A stretch of DNA of 64,000 nt from contig JBMFOP010000001.1 in the NCBI GenBank assembly GCA_049969675.1, positions 22,546-86,545 on the forward strand, given 5' to 3'. This stretch comes from Myxococcota bacterium. GTDB taxonomy: Bacteria; Myxococcota; SpSt-1050. Below, piece by piece: positions 49,362 to 58,593 of this stretch (positions within the stretch are counted from its first letter, which is position 1; each line of letters begins with the position of its first letter). The notes beneath the pieces were generated by a model, which worked only from the letters and a program-made list of their open reading frames with translations, made no database searches and had not been told where the DNA came from. A program made the position numbers and the translations under genes.

Positions 49362-50416
49362 ATAAATTCATTCCCAGAACATTATTTGGTTATATCTTTC
49401 AGAGGGCTGCAATCTCATTTTTTCTATTCCTGATGATTATCTCCACAATACTCTTGCTGGTCTCTTTTATACAATATGCGGACATCTTCCTTATTGCCAA
49501 TATCTCATCCGGAGATATCCTTAAGATAATACTCCTGATGTTCCCTCTCTCATTTGAGTTTGCCATCCCTCTTTCAGTAGTTGCTTCTTTGATGTATGTT
49601 TTTTATGTAATGGAGGTAAAGAATGAGGTCCTTGCCATTGAACTGACAGGGTTCAATAGATATATTTTTGCATATCCCGTCCTCTTATTTGCAACTCTAA
49701 TATTTTTAGTAAATTTGATTTTTTCACTTCTTCTTTTTCCTCTATCTATATCCAGAATTAAGGCACAGGCTATGAACTATACAGGGAGCAATATCAAAAA
49801 TGCGCTTATAGATGGAAGGATAAATGATGATATACCTGATACAGTTATATATTTCAAATCCAGAGATGAGAATGATAGATATAAGAATCTCTATGTCTTT
49901 CAGAGAGGGGAGAGCGGTGAACATCTGCTGATTTATTCAAAAGAGGCAAGATTTGATTTTGCTAAAGAGGATCTATCAATTGGGATAAATATGAATAATG
50001 GAAAAATTATTGCCCCGGATGGCAATTCTATCAGGAATATCATCTTTGAGGAAGGGAGATTGAGTATAGATGTGGCAGATATAATAGAAAAGAAGGTTAA
50101 AAATATAAGAGGATTTTATGGGAACAATACCCCAAAGGAGAAGAGTATAGTTCTATATGATGGGATTTATCTATCTCTGGTAAATCTCTGGATATGCTTG
50201 ATTGGAGTAATAATATTCATCGGTAGATTAGATATAAATCATTTTATTAGATACATATTGTTTTTCCTCTTTACTGGTTTATATTATATTGGATTCAGAG
50301 GGTATCATTCAGCATTTGAGAGCGGATTTATGAGGGTCTCGGAGGCATTCTTCTCTATACTATTTTTGATGTCTCTATTTCTGATATTGATAAAGAGGAT
50401 GTTTGTGCTCAGATGA
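49358..50416 (+). CDS. lptF: LptF/LptG family LPS export permease
   Basis: MNKFIPRTLFGYIFQ N-terminus. 6 TMS with a large periplasmic insert (YjgP/YjgQ family). ATGA overlap with the DGC gene stop. Confidence 0.7.
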   Translation: MNKFIPRTLFGYIFQRAAISFFLFLMIISTILLLVSFIQYADIFLIANISSGDILKIILLMFPLSFEFAIPLSVVASLMYVFYVMEVKNEVLAIELTGFNRYIFAYPVLLFATLIFLVNLIFSLLLFPLSISRIKAQAMNYTGSNIKNALIDGRINDDIPDTVIYFKSRDENDRYKNLYVFQRGESGEHLLIYSKEARFDFAKEDLSIGINMNNGKIIAPDGNSIRNIIFEEGRLSIDVADIIEKKVKNIRGFYGNNTPKEKSIVLYDGIYLSLVNLWICLIGVIIFIGRLDINHFIRYILFFLFTGLYYIGFRGYHSAFESGFMRVSEAFFSILFLMSLFLILIKRMFVLR

Positions 50417-51534
50417 TTATTCTATTTAGGTACATCAATCGAAGATTCTTTCTGATTCTTATAATGGTACTCATAGCAGTAATGCTACTCTCATTTCTGA
50501 TTGATACTATTGAGAGTTCAAAGACCATATCTCAGGAAGATGTAAAGGCATCATCAGTAATCCTTCTACTCTTTAACAAATTCATTGTTCTCTCCATTCA
50601 GACATTTCCGCTTTCTGTGTATATCTCATTATTACTTGTTCTCTACAGCCTTCATATAAAAAATGAATATCTATCTCTTATGACCTCTGCAATCAGACCT
50701 GAGAGGCTCATCCTCCTTTTTTCTCCAGCCATATTGGTATGCGGGATTATCTATTATATTTTAGCAGATTCAATTCTGCCAGAGGCATCAAAAGAGGTTG
50801 ATAGACTCCTCATCTTTGATTTTAAGAGATTTACAGCAAGCTGGACATATTTTTATAGAGATAGAAACTGGTTTTTAGGGAGAGATGGAGTTATATATCA
50901 TTATAATGAGATAGATGAGAATAGCAGGAGTATGAAGGATTTTTCTCTCTATAAATTGAGTGAGGATGGTGTTGAAAAAGTACTCTTTGCAAAAAGATTA
51001 CAACATCAGGGTGGAAAGAAATATCTATCTGAAGGGGTGAGAGAGTTTATATTTGGAGAAGATGGCAAGACAGGTTATGATGCGGGTATCTCAAAGAGCA
51101 TTACCCTTGCAGATGATTACGACATCTTCCGTCAGAGGAGGGGCAGACCTTTTCAGATGAGCCTACCCGAACTCATAAATTTGATTGAGATTAGAGAACG
51201 GGTGGGGATGGATACCTCCCGCTATAGGTATGAGATGTATAACAGAATATTTTATCCACTATCATTTGTATCGCTCTGTCTCTTTATATTGTTTCTATTT
51301 ATAAAAAGACTTTATCTGATGAGTTCACGATATATTATCTTTTACGGTATGGTAGTATTACTATTGTTCTTTTTACTTCAGACATTTGCCGGTAAATTAT
51401 CTGAGGCATCCATAAATAAACCATTTTTTGTAGCCTCCATCCCCTTCGCCAGTCTTTTCTTAATGATAATAATTATTCTGATAGTTGATGGATTTAATAG
51501 AGCAAATAGGCCTCAAAAAGAGGCATCTTTGTAG
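50413..51534 (+). CDS. lptG: LptF/LptG family LPS export permease (second paralog)
   Basis: ILFRYINRRFF N-terminus. Same architecture as lptF. ATGA overlap with the lptF stop. Confidence 0.7.
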   Translation: MIILFRYINRRFFLILIMVLIAVMLLSFLIDTIESSKTISQEDVKASSVILLLFNKFIVLSIQTFPLSVYISLLLVLYSLHIKNEYLSLMTSAIRPERLILLFSPAILVCGIIYYILADSILPEASKEVDRLLIFDFKRFTASWTYFYRDRNWFLGRDGVIYHYNEIDENSRSMKDFSLYKLSEDGVEKVLFAKRLQHQGGKKYLSEGVREFIFGEDGKTGYDAGISKSITLADDYDIFRQRRGRPFQMSLPELINLIEIRERVGMDTSRYRYEMYNRIFYPLSFVSLCLFILFLFIKRLYLMSSRYIIFYGMVVLLLFFLLQTFAGKLSEASINKPFFVASIPFASLFLMIIIILIVDGFNRANRPQKEASL

Positions 51535-52496
51535 TTGAGGCATCTAATCTGATGGCTCTCTCCTTCCGTGAGAAGCTCAGGGAATCTTTCCCTGCATATA
51601 TCTGTAGCCCTGTTGCACCTCGGATTAAATGGACATCCGGCTGGCATATCCCTTATAGATGGGACGAACCCTTTTATCTCCATAAGCCTTCTCTGATGAC
51701 CCTTCCTTCTCTCTTCAAACAGTCTTTTTAATGCGAGTGTATAAGGGTGCATAGGATTATTAAGTATCTCCGAAGCGCTACCGGCCTCCATAATAGTACC
51801 TCCATACATAACTATGATTCTGTCCGCAATCTTCTCTACTATATTCATATCGTGTGAGATGAAGATGAGCGATATCCCTTTTCTTTGTTTCATATGCTTT
51901 ATGAGTGATAATATTCCGCTGGCAATGGTTACATCCAGAGCAGTTGTAGGTTCATCTGCGATTACCACAGAAGGTTGGGGGAGGAATGCCATGGCAATGA
52001 GTGCCCGCTGTCTCATTCCACCTGAGAGTTGATGCGGATATGAATTATATACTCTCTCTGCATCCCTTATACCTACATCTTTGAGCGATGTCAGAATCCT
52101 CTTCTTCTGTTCCGCCTTGTCAATATCTGGCAGGACCTCACTCAGCTGGTTACCTATTGAAAAGAGGGGGTTTAAGGCGGTCATAGGCTCTTGAAATATC
52201 ATCGTGATTTTCTTTCCTCTCATGAGTGAAGGGTCTTTTATTGTGACATTATCATCTGAATACTCAATATCTCCACGAAATAGCAGATTCTGTGGCAATA
52301 ATCCCATAATTGAATATCCGGTCATTGATTTGCCTGAACCCGATTCTCCGATTATACAGAGTGTCTCATTTTTATATACCCCGAATGATATATCCCTCAA
52401 AATGTGGTATCCGTCCAGAGTTTTAAGATATTCAATATTCACTTTCAGGATGCTATTTGATGACATTCTTAAATGCTCCGAATCTGGATATATCAA
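51513..52496 (-). CDS. ABC transporter ATP-binding protein, oligopeptide/dipeptide (DppD/OppD) type
   Basis: Walker A GESGSGKS, signature LSGGMRQR, Walker B IIADEPT. C-terminal oligopeptide-type extension with CPFNPRC...C. Confidence 0.8.
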   Translation of the reverse strand: MIYPDSEHLRMSSNSILKVNIEYLKTLDGYHILRDISFGVYKNETLCIIGESGSGKSMTGYSIMGLLPQNLLFRGDIEYSDDNVTIKDPSLMRGKKITMIFQEPMTALNPLFSIGNQLSEVLPDIDKAEQKKRILTSLKDVGIRDAERVYNSYPHQLSGGMRQRALIAMAFLPQPSVVIADEPTTALDVTIASGILSLIKHMKQRKGISLIFISHDMNIVEKIADRIIVMYGGTIMEAGSASEILNNPMHPYTLALKRLFEERRKGHQRRLMEIKGFVPSIRDMPAGCPFNPRCNRATDICRERFPELLTEGESHQIRCLNYKDASF

Positions 52497-53163
52497 ATGT
52501 TTTATTATCTACCTCCTCAAAAGATATTTTTATTATTTTTATATCTGTCTTCATATTCCTCTTTTCATCCTGAATCTGAATTCTATGGTATATCCGTTTG
52601 CCCTGTAGGGTAGAGAAGTCTTGATATATGGCACTGATCTTCCCTCCATTTGAATATAAAATCTCTGCCTTTTTGACTGAACAATACTCGGGTTCAATGA
52701 AAAAAGTAATCTTATCTTCATTATTCTCTGTATATACAAATTTATTATTGTCTTTTTCTGTGAGCCTCTTCTCATCAACCGATAGAGTTAGGAGCTCGTT
52801 AAGAACTGAAAATGGTATAGAAATATTGAAGACTCTACCAATCTCCTCTTCGTTTGCAAATGTATAAAGGATTTGCTGCTGGTAATCTATTACATATAAT
52901 TTTCTCTCTTTTAGAAGGATGGTTGTGATTATATCGTCAAAGACCCCCATTACATCTACTCTAACCATACCATCTTTAATAAATATATTTTGTATTGTGG
53001 TAAACCTCTCTTTTCCAATTTCAATCCCTGTCTTTGCCCTTATTTTCAGATTGCTAAAATGAATTGGTCTATCACATCCTGATCTGATTTGTATATTCTC
53101 CGGTCTATGTATGCAGCCTGATGAGAGAATTATTGTTAGAACAACAATTATTTGCCTCTTCAT
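52453..53163 (-). CDS. hypothetical lipoprotein (LolA/LolB-like or DUF4292-like, uncertain)
   Basis: Lipoprotein signal MKRQIIVVLTIILSSGC. Beta-rich. Overlaps the ABC ATPase gene by 44 nt (operon). Confidence 0.4.
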   Translation of the reverse strand: MKRQIIVVLTIILSSGCIHRPENIQIRSGCDRPIHFSNLKIRAKTGIEIGKERFTTIQNIFIKDGMVRVDVMGVFDDIITTILLKERKLYVIDYQQQILYTFANEEEIGRVFNISIPFSVLNELLTLSVDEKRLTEKDNNKFVYTENNEDKITFFIEPEYCSVKKAEILYSNGGKISAIYQDFSTLQGKRIYHRIQIQDEKRNMKTDIKIIKISFEEVDNKTFDISRFGAFKNVIK

Positions 53164-53314
53164 AAGGGTTCTTCTTTAGCACAAAAAAATTAATAAAAAT
53201 ACTTTAAATTTAACAAAAACTGGTATATAAGGGCTTCCTTTGATTGAGCTGGCAAGATTTGAAGTTTACTTCCAGCCAAAAATATTTGTCTTTTGGAAAG
53301 AAGGAGATATTAAG

Positions 53315-53923
53315 ATGATAGTCCAAATCAATCCGATTAACCCTCAGAAGCACCTGATTGAGAAGGCTGTAGAGATTCTGAAGAATAAAGGTGTAATAGC
53401 CTACCCGACTGATACTGTCTATGGGATAGGGTGTGATATCTTTGAAAAAGAGGCGGTTGAAAGGATATATCAGATTAAGTCCAAAGATAGGAAGAAACCG
53501 CTCTCATTTATCTGCGAAGACCTCAAACATATCAGCCAGTTTGCTATAGTTTCGGATAATGCATATAGATTGATGAAGAGACTGATCCCCGGTCCATATA
53601 CATTTATCCTTGAAGCCACAAAACTTGTCCCCAAGGTAATGCTGACGAAGAGGAATACAGTTGGGATAAGGGTCCCGGACAATAAGATATGCCTTGAGAT
53701 AGTCAGGACATTGGGTCATCCAATAGTTACCACGAGTGCAAATGTCTCCAGTGAGGAGGTCATTTCAGATCCGGCAGAGATTCATAAGAAGTTTGGTAAG
53801 GTATTGGACCTCGTAATTGATGGTGGTGTCCTTTCACAGGAGCCTTCCTCCATTATTGACCTTACCGGTAAAGAACCGGTAGTGGTTCGTGAGGGGAAGG
53901 GGGATCTCTCTCTTTTCAAGTAA
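53315..53923 (+). CDS. tsaC: L-threonylcarbamoyladenylate synthase (YrdC/TsaC/Sua5 family)
   Basis: KGVIAYPTDTVYGIGCD and the YrdC fold. AAGGAG RBS before ATG 53315 (the track ORF starts at 53240). Confidence 0.8.
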   Translation: MIVQINPINPQKHLIEKAVEILKNKGVIAYPTDTVYGIGCDIFEKEAVERIYQIKSKDRKKPLSFICEDLKHISQFAIVSDNAYRLMKRLIPGPYTFILEATKLVPKVMLTKRNTVGIRVPDNKICLEIVRTLGHPIVTTSANVSSEEVISDPAEIHKKFGKVLDLVIDGGVLSQEPSSIIDLTGKEPVVVREGKGDLSLFK

Positions 53924-53950
53924 TCTTTCAAATCTTTCTGAGGATAGTCT

Positions 53951-55258
53951 ATGATTAAACCCGATGTATATATCAAAGACCTTGAGAGATATATTGATAA
54001 AGAGGTTACATTGTGTGGATGGGTCTACAATATCAGGTCTTCAGGTAAGGTAAGATTTATCCTTGTTAGAGATGGCACAGGTTTTATTCAGTGTGTGGTA
54101 ACTCCAAAAGGGGTCTCTCAGGAGAAGTTTGAACGGTCTGATAGAATTCCTCAGGAGAGCTCAATAATCGTCAGAGGGAAGGTCAGGAAGGAGGCACGGG
54201 CACCTTATTGTGGTTATGAGATTGAACTGTCAGACTATGAGGTAGTCTCAACAGTCACTCAGGAATATCCGATAGCATTAAAAGAGCACGGAGTCGATTT
54301 TCTGATGAATCATAGACACCTCTGGATTCGTTCATATCAACAGAGTATGATTCTCAGAATAAGGGCAACAATTATAAAGGCTATCAGGGACTACTTTGAT
54401 TCCAATGGATTTACTCTGGTAGATGCCCCCATCTTTACACCAAATGCCTGTGAAGGGACATCCACGCTCTTTGAGACCAATTACTTTGGAACAAAGGCGT
54501 ATCTAACTCAATCAGGGCAGCTCTATATGGAGGCGGCTGCCATGGCTTTGGGGAAGGTCTACTGCTTTGGCCCAACATTTAGAGCTGAGAAGAGCAAGAC
54601 AAGAAGGCATCTAACCGAATTCTGGATGGTAGAACCTGAGATGGCATACTTTGACCTTGAGGACGATATGGAAGTGGCTGAGGGGCTCGTATCGTATATT
54701 ATAGAGACAGTCCTTTCAAAACATGAAAAGGAGCTCATTGCCCTTGAAAGAGATGTTGATTCCCTGAGGAATGCGGCAAAAAAGCCCTTTTATAGGATAA
54801 GATATATGGAGGCATTGGAGGTAATTAAAAAGGGTGGGCTGGAGATAAAATATGGGGATGATTTTGGTGGTGATGAAGAGACAGTTCTCACAAAACAGTT
54901 TGATAAACCGGTATTTGTTACTCATTACCCGATTGAGATCAAGGCTTTTTATATGAAGAGGGACCCGAAGGATCAGACGCTCGCTCTAAATATGGATCTC
55001 CTTGCCCCAGAGGGATATGGAGAGATTATCGGTGGAGGGCAGAGGGAAGACAATCTGGATATATTACTTGATTCAATTAAGAAGAACAACCTCCCTCAGA
55101 ATGTATTTGAGTGGTATCTGGATATAAGGAGATATGGCTCTGTGCCACACTCGGGATTTGGGCTTGGGGTTGAGAGGACAGTCGCATATATTTGTGGCCT
55201 GCACCATGTGAGAGAGACTATCCCATTTCCGAGATTGATGGACCGCCTCAGTCCGTAA
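53951..55258 (+). CDS. asnS: class IIb aminoacyl-tRNA synthetase, asparagine--tRNA ligase-like (could be archaeal-type AspRS)
   Basis: N-terminal OB fold [31 protein letters not shown]. Motif 2 [24 protein letters not shown]. Motif 3 [13 protein letters not shown]. The 435-aa size fits AsnRS. Confidence 0.65.
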   Translation: MIKPDVYIKDLERYIDKEVTLCGWVYNIRSSGKVRFILVRDGTGFIQCVVTPKGVSQEKFERSDRIPQESSIIVRGKVRKEARAPYCGYEIELSDYEVVSTVTQEYPIALKEHGVDFLMNHRHLWIRSYQQSMILRIRATIIKAIRDYFDSNGFTLVDAPIFTPNACEGTSTLFETNYFGTKAYLTQSGQLYMEAAAMALGKVYCFGPTFRAEKSKTRRHLTEFWMVEPEMAYFDLEDDMEVAEGLVSYIIETVLSKHEKELIALERDVDSLRNAAKKPFYRIRYMEALEVIKKGGLEIKYGDDFGGDEETVLTKQFDKPVFVTHYPIEIKAFYMKRDPKDQTLALNMDLLAPEGYGEIIGGGQREDNLDILLDSIKKNNLPQNVFEWYLDIRRYGSVPHSGFGLGVERTVAYICGLHHVRETIPFPRLMDRLSP

Positions 55259-55290
55259 ATATAAATATTTTTTATTTTTTTACTTTTACT

Positions 55291-56050
55291 CACTGCTGTC
55301 CAGAATAATCTGTTTAACAAGTTTACTATTTGTAAAATAAGGTATTTTGTACAGGTAAATCCATATTTTCGAATCGGATTTCACCCTTTTCTTCCATACA
55401 CTATCTAATAAAATGCTGTCCAACTTAAATAACCCTAATGTTAGTTGCTCTACATCAGACACAACAGGACTGTCTGCCGTCGCACAGACAGGTAAAGTCT
55501 CATAATGTTTATTTGTTCATTCACATAAATTTTTGTATAGTAATTCTTATTTGAAAGCCCGACAAAGTTAAAATCAAGCCAATAATCACTTTTTTATATG
55601 TCCATTTGAATGACTTTGCTTTGTGTTCATCGTTGTATTTAATGACCTTCCCCATATTTTCAATGAATATCTCTTCATTCAACTCAATTCTCTTGCCTTT
55701 CTGCTTATAGAAATTTTCTACTTTCTATAATAAATATTTTTTCATTAAAGCAGCATATGGTCTTAAACACTTTTTTCACTATAATATTTTTAACACGCCC
55801 CGGTGGTGACTTTTTTCTAATGGAGTAAATAGATAATCCATAAACATTGCTACAAATTGCTCCCAACAATTAAATCTATTTGCCCCATTATCAACCCTTG
55901 TCTCTCTTACCGCCTTATAAAACATATTTATAATCAATATTTGTAGAATTTATTAAAAATTAAATCAATTCATATTCATATAAATCCTTAACTCTTCAAA
56001 ATTCAATATCTAAAAGGTCTAAAGTTAAAATTTATTCTGGACAGATATGT
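55291..56050. mobile_element. MITE-like non-autonomous element, long copy (about 760 bp) with about 18-bp imperfect TIRs
   Basis: Left end CACTGCTGTCCAGAATAA (55291-55308). Right end TTATTCTGGACAGATATG (56033-56050), perfect over the 13-bp core CTGTCCAGAATAA. The interior is AT-rich and non-coding, with an internal AAATGCTGTCCAACTT sub-repeat at 55404. Homologous to the 16261-16564 copy. Confidence 0.65.
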
Positions 56051-56099
56051 ACATAACTTAAATTTTGTTTTACATCGCGCAAATTTTAATATAGTATAT

Positions 56100-57347
56100 G
56101 TGGTTATGAACCGATTATTTAAATTTTTATTTACCAGTTTAGTCTTATCAGCAATTTCCTGTTCGGTTGATTACTCCCTGCTAAATAATAGACAATGCGA
56201 CAGTGAAGGTAGATGTGTCGCTGGATATGTATGTGATAGAGCGACTATGACCTGTGTCAGAGAAGGCTCTATGCCCGGAAATGATGCTGGGACCCTGCCC
56301 GATATCATAAGAGATGAAATCTCAATTTTGGATACAGAAATGCCAGATTCAGAAGAAGATGCTGGCTGCAGACCTACCAACAATGGGATAGAGATATGCG
56401 ATGGGATAGACAACAACTGTGATGGCAGAACGGATGAGAACTATGTATGCGGAAGCTGTACCTTAACTAATTCCATTACAGAGCAATGCAATGAATCTAC
56501 AAAGTGCGATAAATGCTTTATAGTGAATGGTGAAAAATATAGATGTGTCTCTGTGGACGGTTTAGATTTTAACTGGCGTAAAGAATCTGAATTGATTTGC
56601 GATTCTTCAAAATCTATAAAGGCAATAAAATGTGAAAACATCTGTCAATTGTGTGATGGAAATAAATTTTCTGACCCATTTATCATTCAGAATGAATCCT
56701 GCGATGGAAAAGACAACAATTGCGATGGAAAAATAGATGAGGGAGATATATGTCCCACCAATAATATATGTGTAGGTGGAAAGTGTATAGAAAGACCATG
56801 TCAGAAGAAGGAGGATTGCCCCCCGGAGAAAGTCTGTAAAGAGAATAAATGTCAATCCTGCACAGAAGTCGTGGATGATTCGCTGTGCGGTTCAGGTAAG
56901 ATATGTATCAATGGTGCCTGCATAGATGGCGATTGCCATCAGAATACTGATTGTTCTGGTGGTATCTGTGTATCCAATAAATGTTGTACAGGGTGTTGTG
57001 CAAAAAAGGATGATTGTCCAGCAGAACTTGTTTGCAAAAAGGGACTAAATGAACAAATCGGAAATTGTGAGAGTTGCACTGATATAATAGATGACCTGTT
57101 ATGTGGTTTTGGTTATATCTGTGAAGGCAATAAATGTATAAAAGGTGAGTGTCATCCTAATATTGGATGTCTCCTTGGGAAGATATGTGTCAACTATAAC
57201 TGCTGCAATCCCGGACCGACCTGCTGTAATAAGGATGGTGACTGTAAATCAAATATGACCTGCACCCAGAATCATACCTGTGATTGTAAGCCACTCTTTG
57301 GAGATTGCAACAATAAATATGATGATGGCTGCGAAAAAGACCTTTGA
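56100..57347 (+). CDS. secreted cysteine-rich repeat protein with MopE-like CDGxDNNCDG metal-binding-type motifs
   Basis: Signal peptide MVMNRLFKFLFTSLVLSAISCS. About 70 Cys. CDGIDNNCDGRTDE and CDGKDNNCDGKIDE motifs. Repeated CxxGxCI(x)xxC modules. Ends at a TGA that is followed in frame by more of the same repeats. Confidence 0.6.
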   Translation: MVMNRLFKFLFTSLVLSAISCSVDYSLLNNRQCDSEGRCVAGYVCDRATMTCVREGSMPGNDAGTLPDIIRDEISILDTEMPDSEEDAGCRPTNNGIEICDGIDNNCDGRTDENYVCGSCTLTNSITEQCNESTKCDKCFIVNGEKYRCVSVDGLDFNWRKESELICDSSKSIKAIKCENICQLCDGNKFSDPFIIQNESCDGKDNNCDGKIDEGDICPTNNICVGGKCIERPCQKKEDCPPEKVCKENKCQSCTEVVDDSLCGSGKICINGACIDGDCHQNTDCSGGICVSNKCCTGCCAKKDDCPAELVCKKGLNEQIGNCESCTDIIDDLLCGFGYICEGNKCIKGECHPNIGCLLGKICVNYNCCNPGPTCCNKDGDCKSNMTCTQNHTCDCKPLFGDCNNKYDDGCEKDL

Positions 57348-57737
57348 AGTGATATCAACAATTGTGGAGTATGTAATCAAAAATGTGTCTTTCCCAATGC
57401 AGACCCCGAGTGTGTAAACGGTAGATGTCTGATTAAGAATTGCAAACCAAATTTTAAGGACTGCAATCAAAAACCAGAGGACGGTTGTGAAATAGACATT
57501 TCAAAGGATATACTTAATTGTGGTGATTGTAATTCACCCTGTTCAGCGGATAATGCAACGGTAAAATGTGAGCAGTCAAAATGTGTAATATCTGCCTGTA
57601 ATCTCGGATTTGCAGATTGCGATGGGAATTATAATAATGGTTGCGAAATAAATACAAATACTGATAGTAAAAACTGCGGAGACTGCGGAAATAAATGTAA
57701 ACCAAATGAAATCTGCAAAAATGGCCAATGTAACTGA
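57348..57737 (+). pseudogene. in-frame 129-codon continuation of the Cys-rich repeat protein beyond a TGA, with no start codon
   Basis: Translation SDINNCGVCNQKC...LNCGDCNSPC...KNCGDCGNKCKPNEICKNGQCN continues the DCxxxxxxGCE-spacer-NCGxC repeat periodicity across the TGA at 57345-57347. It contains no ATG, GTG or TTG start. Readthrough, recoding, a nonsense mutation or a sequencing error are all possible. Confidence 0.45.
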
Positions 57738-58593
57738 AGAAGAGATTTCCTCTCCATTTAATTTCTCATATCCCATATCTCTTCCATCTCTAAAAATCTC
57801 TCTATCAGATTTAGGTCAGATAAACCCAATATTGATAGCAGATACAGAGAGTGAAGTCTTCATTATTGATGGTTTTAGAAGGTATAATATATTAAAACAG
57901 CTCGGGGCAGATCCCATATTTTTCAAAGTAAGACCCTTACATATAGAGAATGCCCTTAATGTATATTTAGCAATCAATCTCGAATCCCGTCGTTTTAATA
58001 TTATTGAAAAGATTAGAATATGTAGATTTGTCATTTCAAATAAGATTAATATATCTGAACAGACTCTTCAAAAGGCTGGACTTGGAGATATTTATAAGAA
58101 TAGTGGTCTTTATGAATTTATTGAGAATCTCAATGACAATCTAAAAGATATCATTGTGGAGAAGCGGCTTACAACCTCATTGATAGAAAGGCTTTTAAAA
58201 ATTGGCTATACAAATTCAGAGAAGATACTCCTTTATGCAAGAGATAAATCTCTAACTCATCAACAGACAAGGGAGGTTATAACTGATTTATATCTACTTA
58301 CAATGAAAGGTGTAGATATTGGTCAAATTATTAACGCACTCACAGAAATTTCATTTGAAGAACTAAAAAGGAAAATAAGGGGAATCAAAAATCCATTGCT
58401 TCAAAAAATGGAAGATGAATTTAAGGATTTTATAAAAGACATTAAGAATCTGTCAATTCATCCACCAGAAAATTTTGAAGGGAATAATTACATATTGGAG
58501 GGTAGATTCAGAGATGAGAATGACCTTGAACAGATCTTAAAGGAGATATCAGAGATTAAAGAGAGATGGAAGAGGAATCCAATATTAAAATAG
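57706..58593 (+). CDS. ParB/Srx-like nuclease domain protein
   Basis: The N-terminus ...ILIADTESEVFIIDGFRRYNILKQLGADPI matches the ParB N-terminal (ParBc) DGxxR motif region. No obvious HTH. The start overlaps the end of the Cys-rich extension. The 3' end overlaps the radical SAM gene by 28 nt. Confidence 0.5.
   Translation: MKSAKMANVTEEEISSPFNFSYPISLPSLKISLSDLGQINPILIADTESEVFIIDGFRRYNILKQLGADPIFFKVRPLHIENALNVYLAINLESRRFNIIEKIRICRFVISNKINISEQTLQKAGLGDIYKNSGLYEFIENLNDNLKDIIVEKRLTTSLIERLLKIGYTNSEKILLYARDKSLTHQQTREVITDLYLLTMKGVDIGQIINALTEISFEELKRKIRGIKNPLLQKMEDEFKDFIKDIKNLSIHPPENFEGNNYILEGRFRDENDLEQILKEISEIKERWKRNPILK

Noticed and set aside
57345-57420. Selenocysteine insertion at the in-frame TGA of the Cys-rich gene
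   Set aside because: It is attractive because Sec commonly replaces Cys. But the TGA aligns with a non-Cys spacer position (S or N in the other repeats). I could not identify a convincing SECIS-like hairpin immediately downstream. No sel genes are in the window. It remains listed among the possibilities but is not supported.
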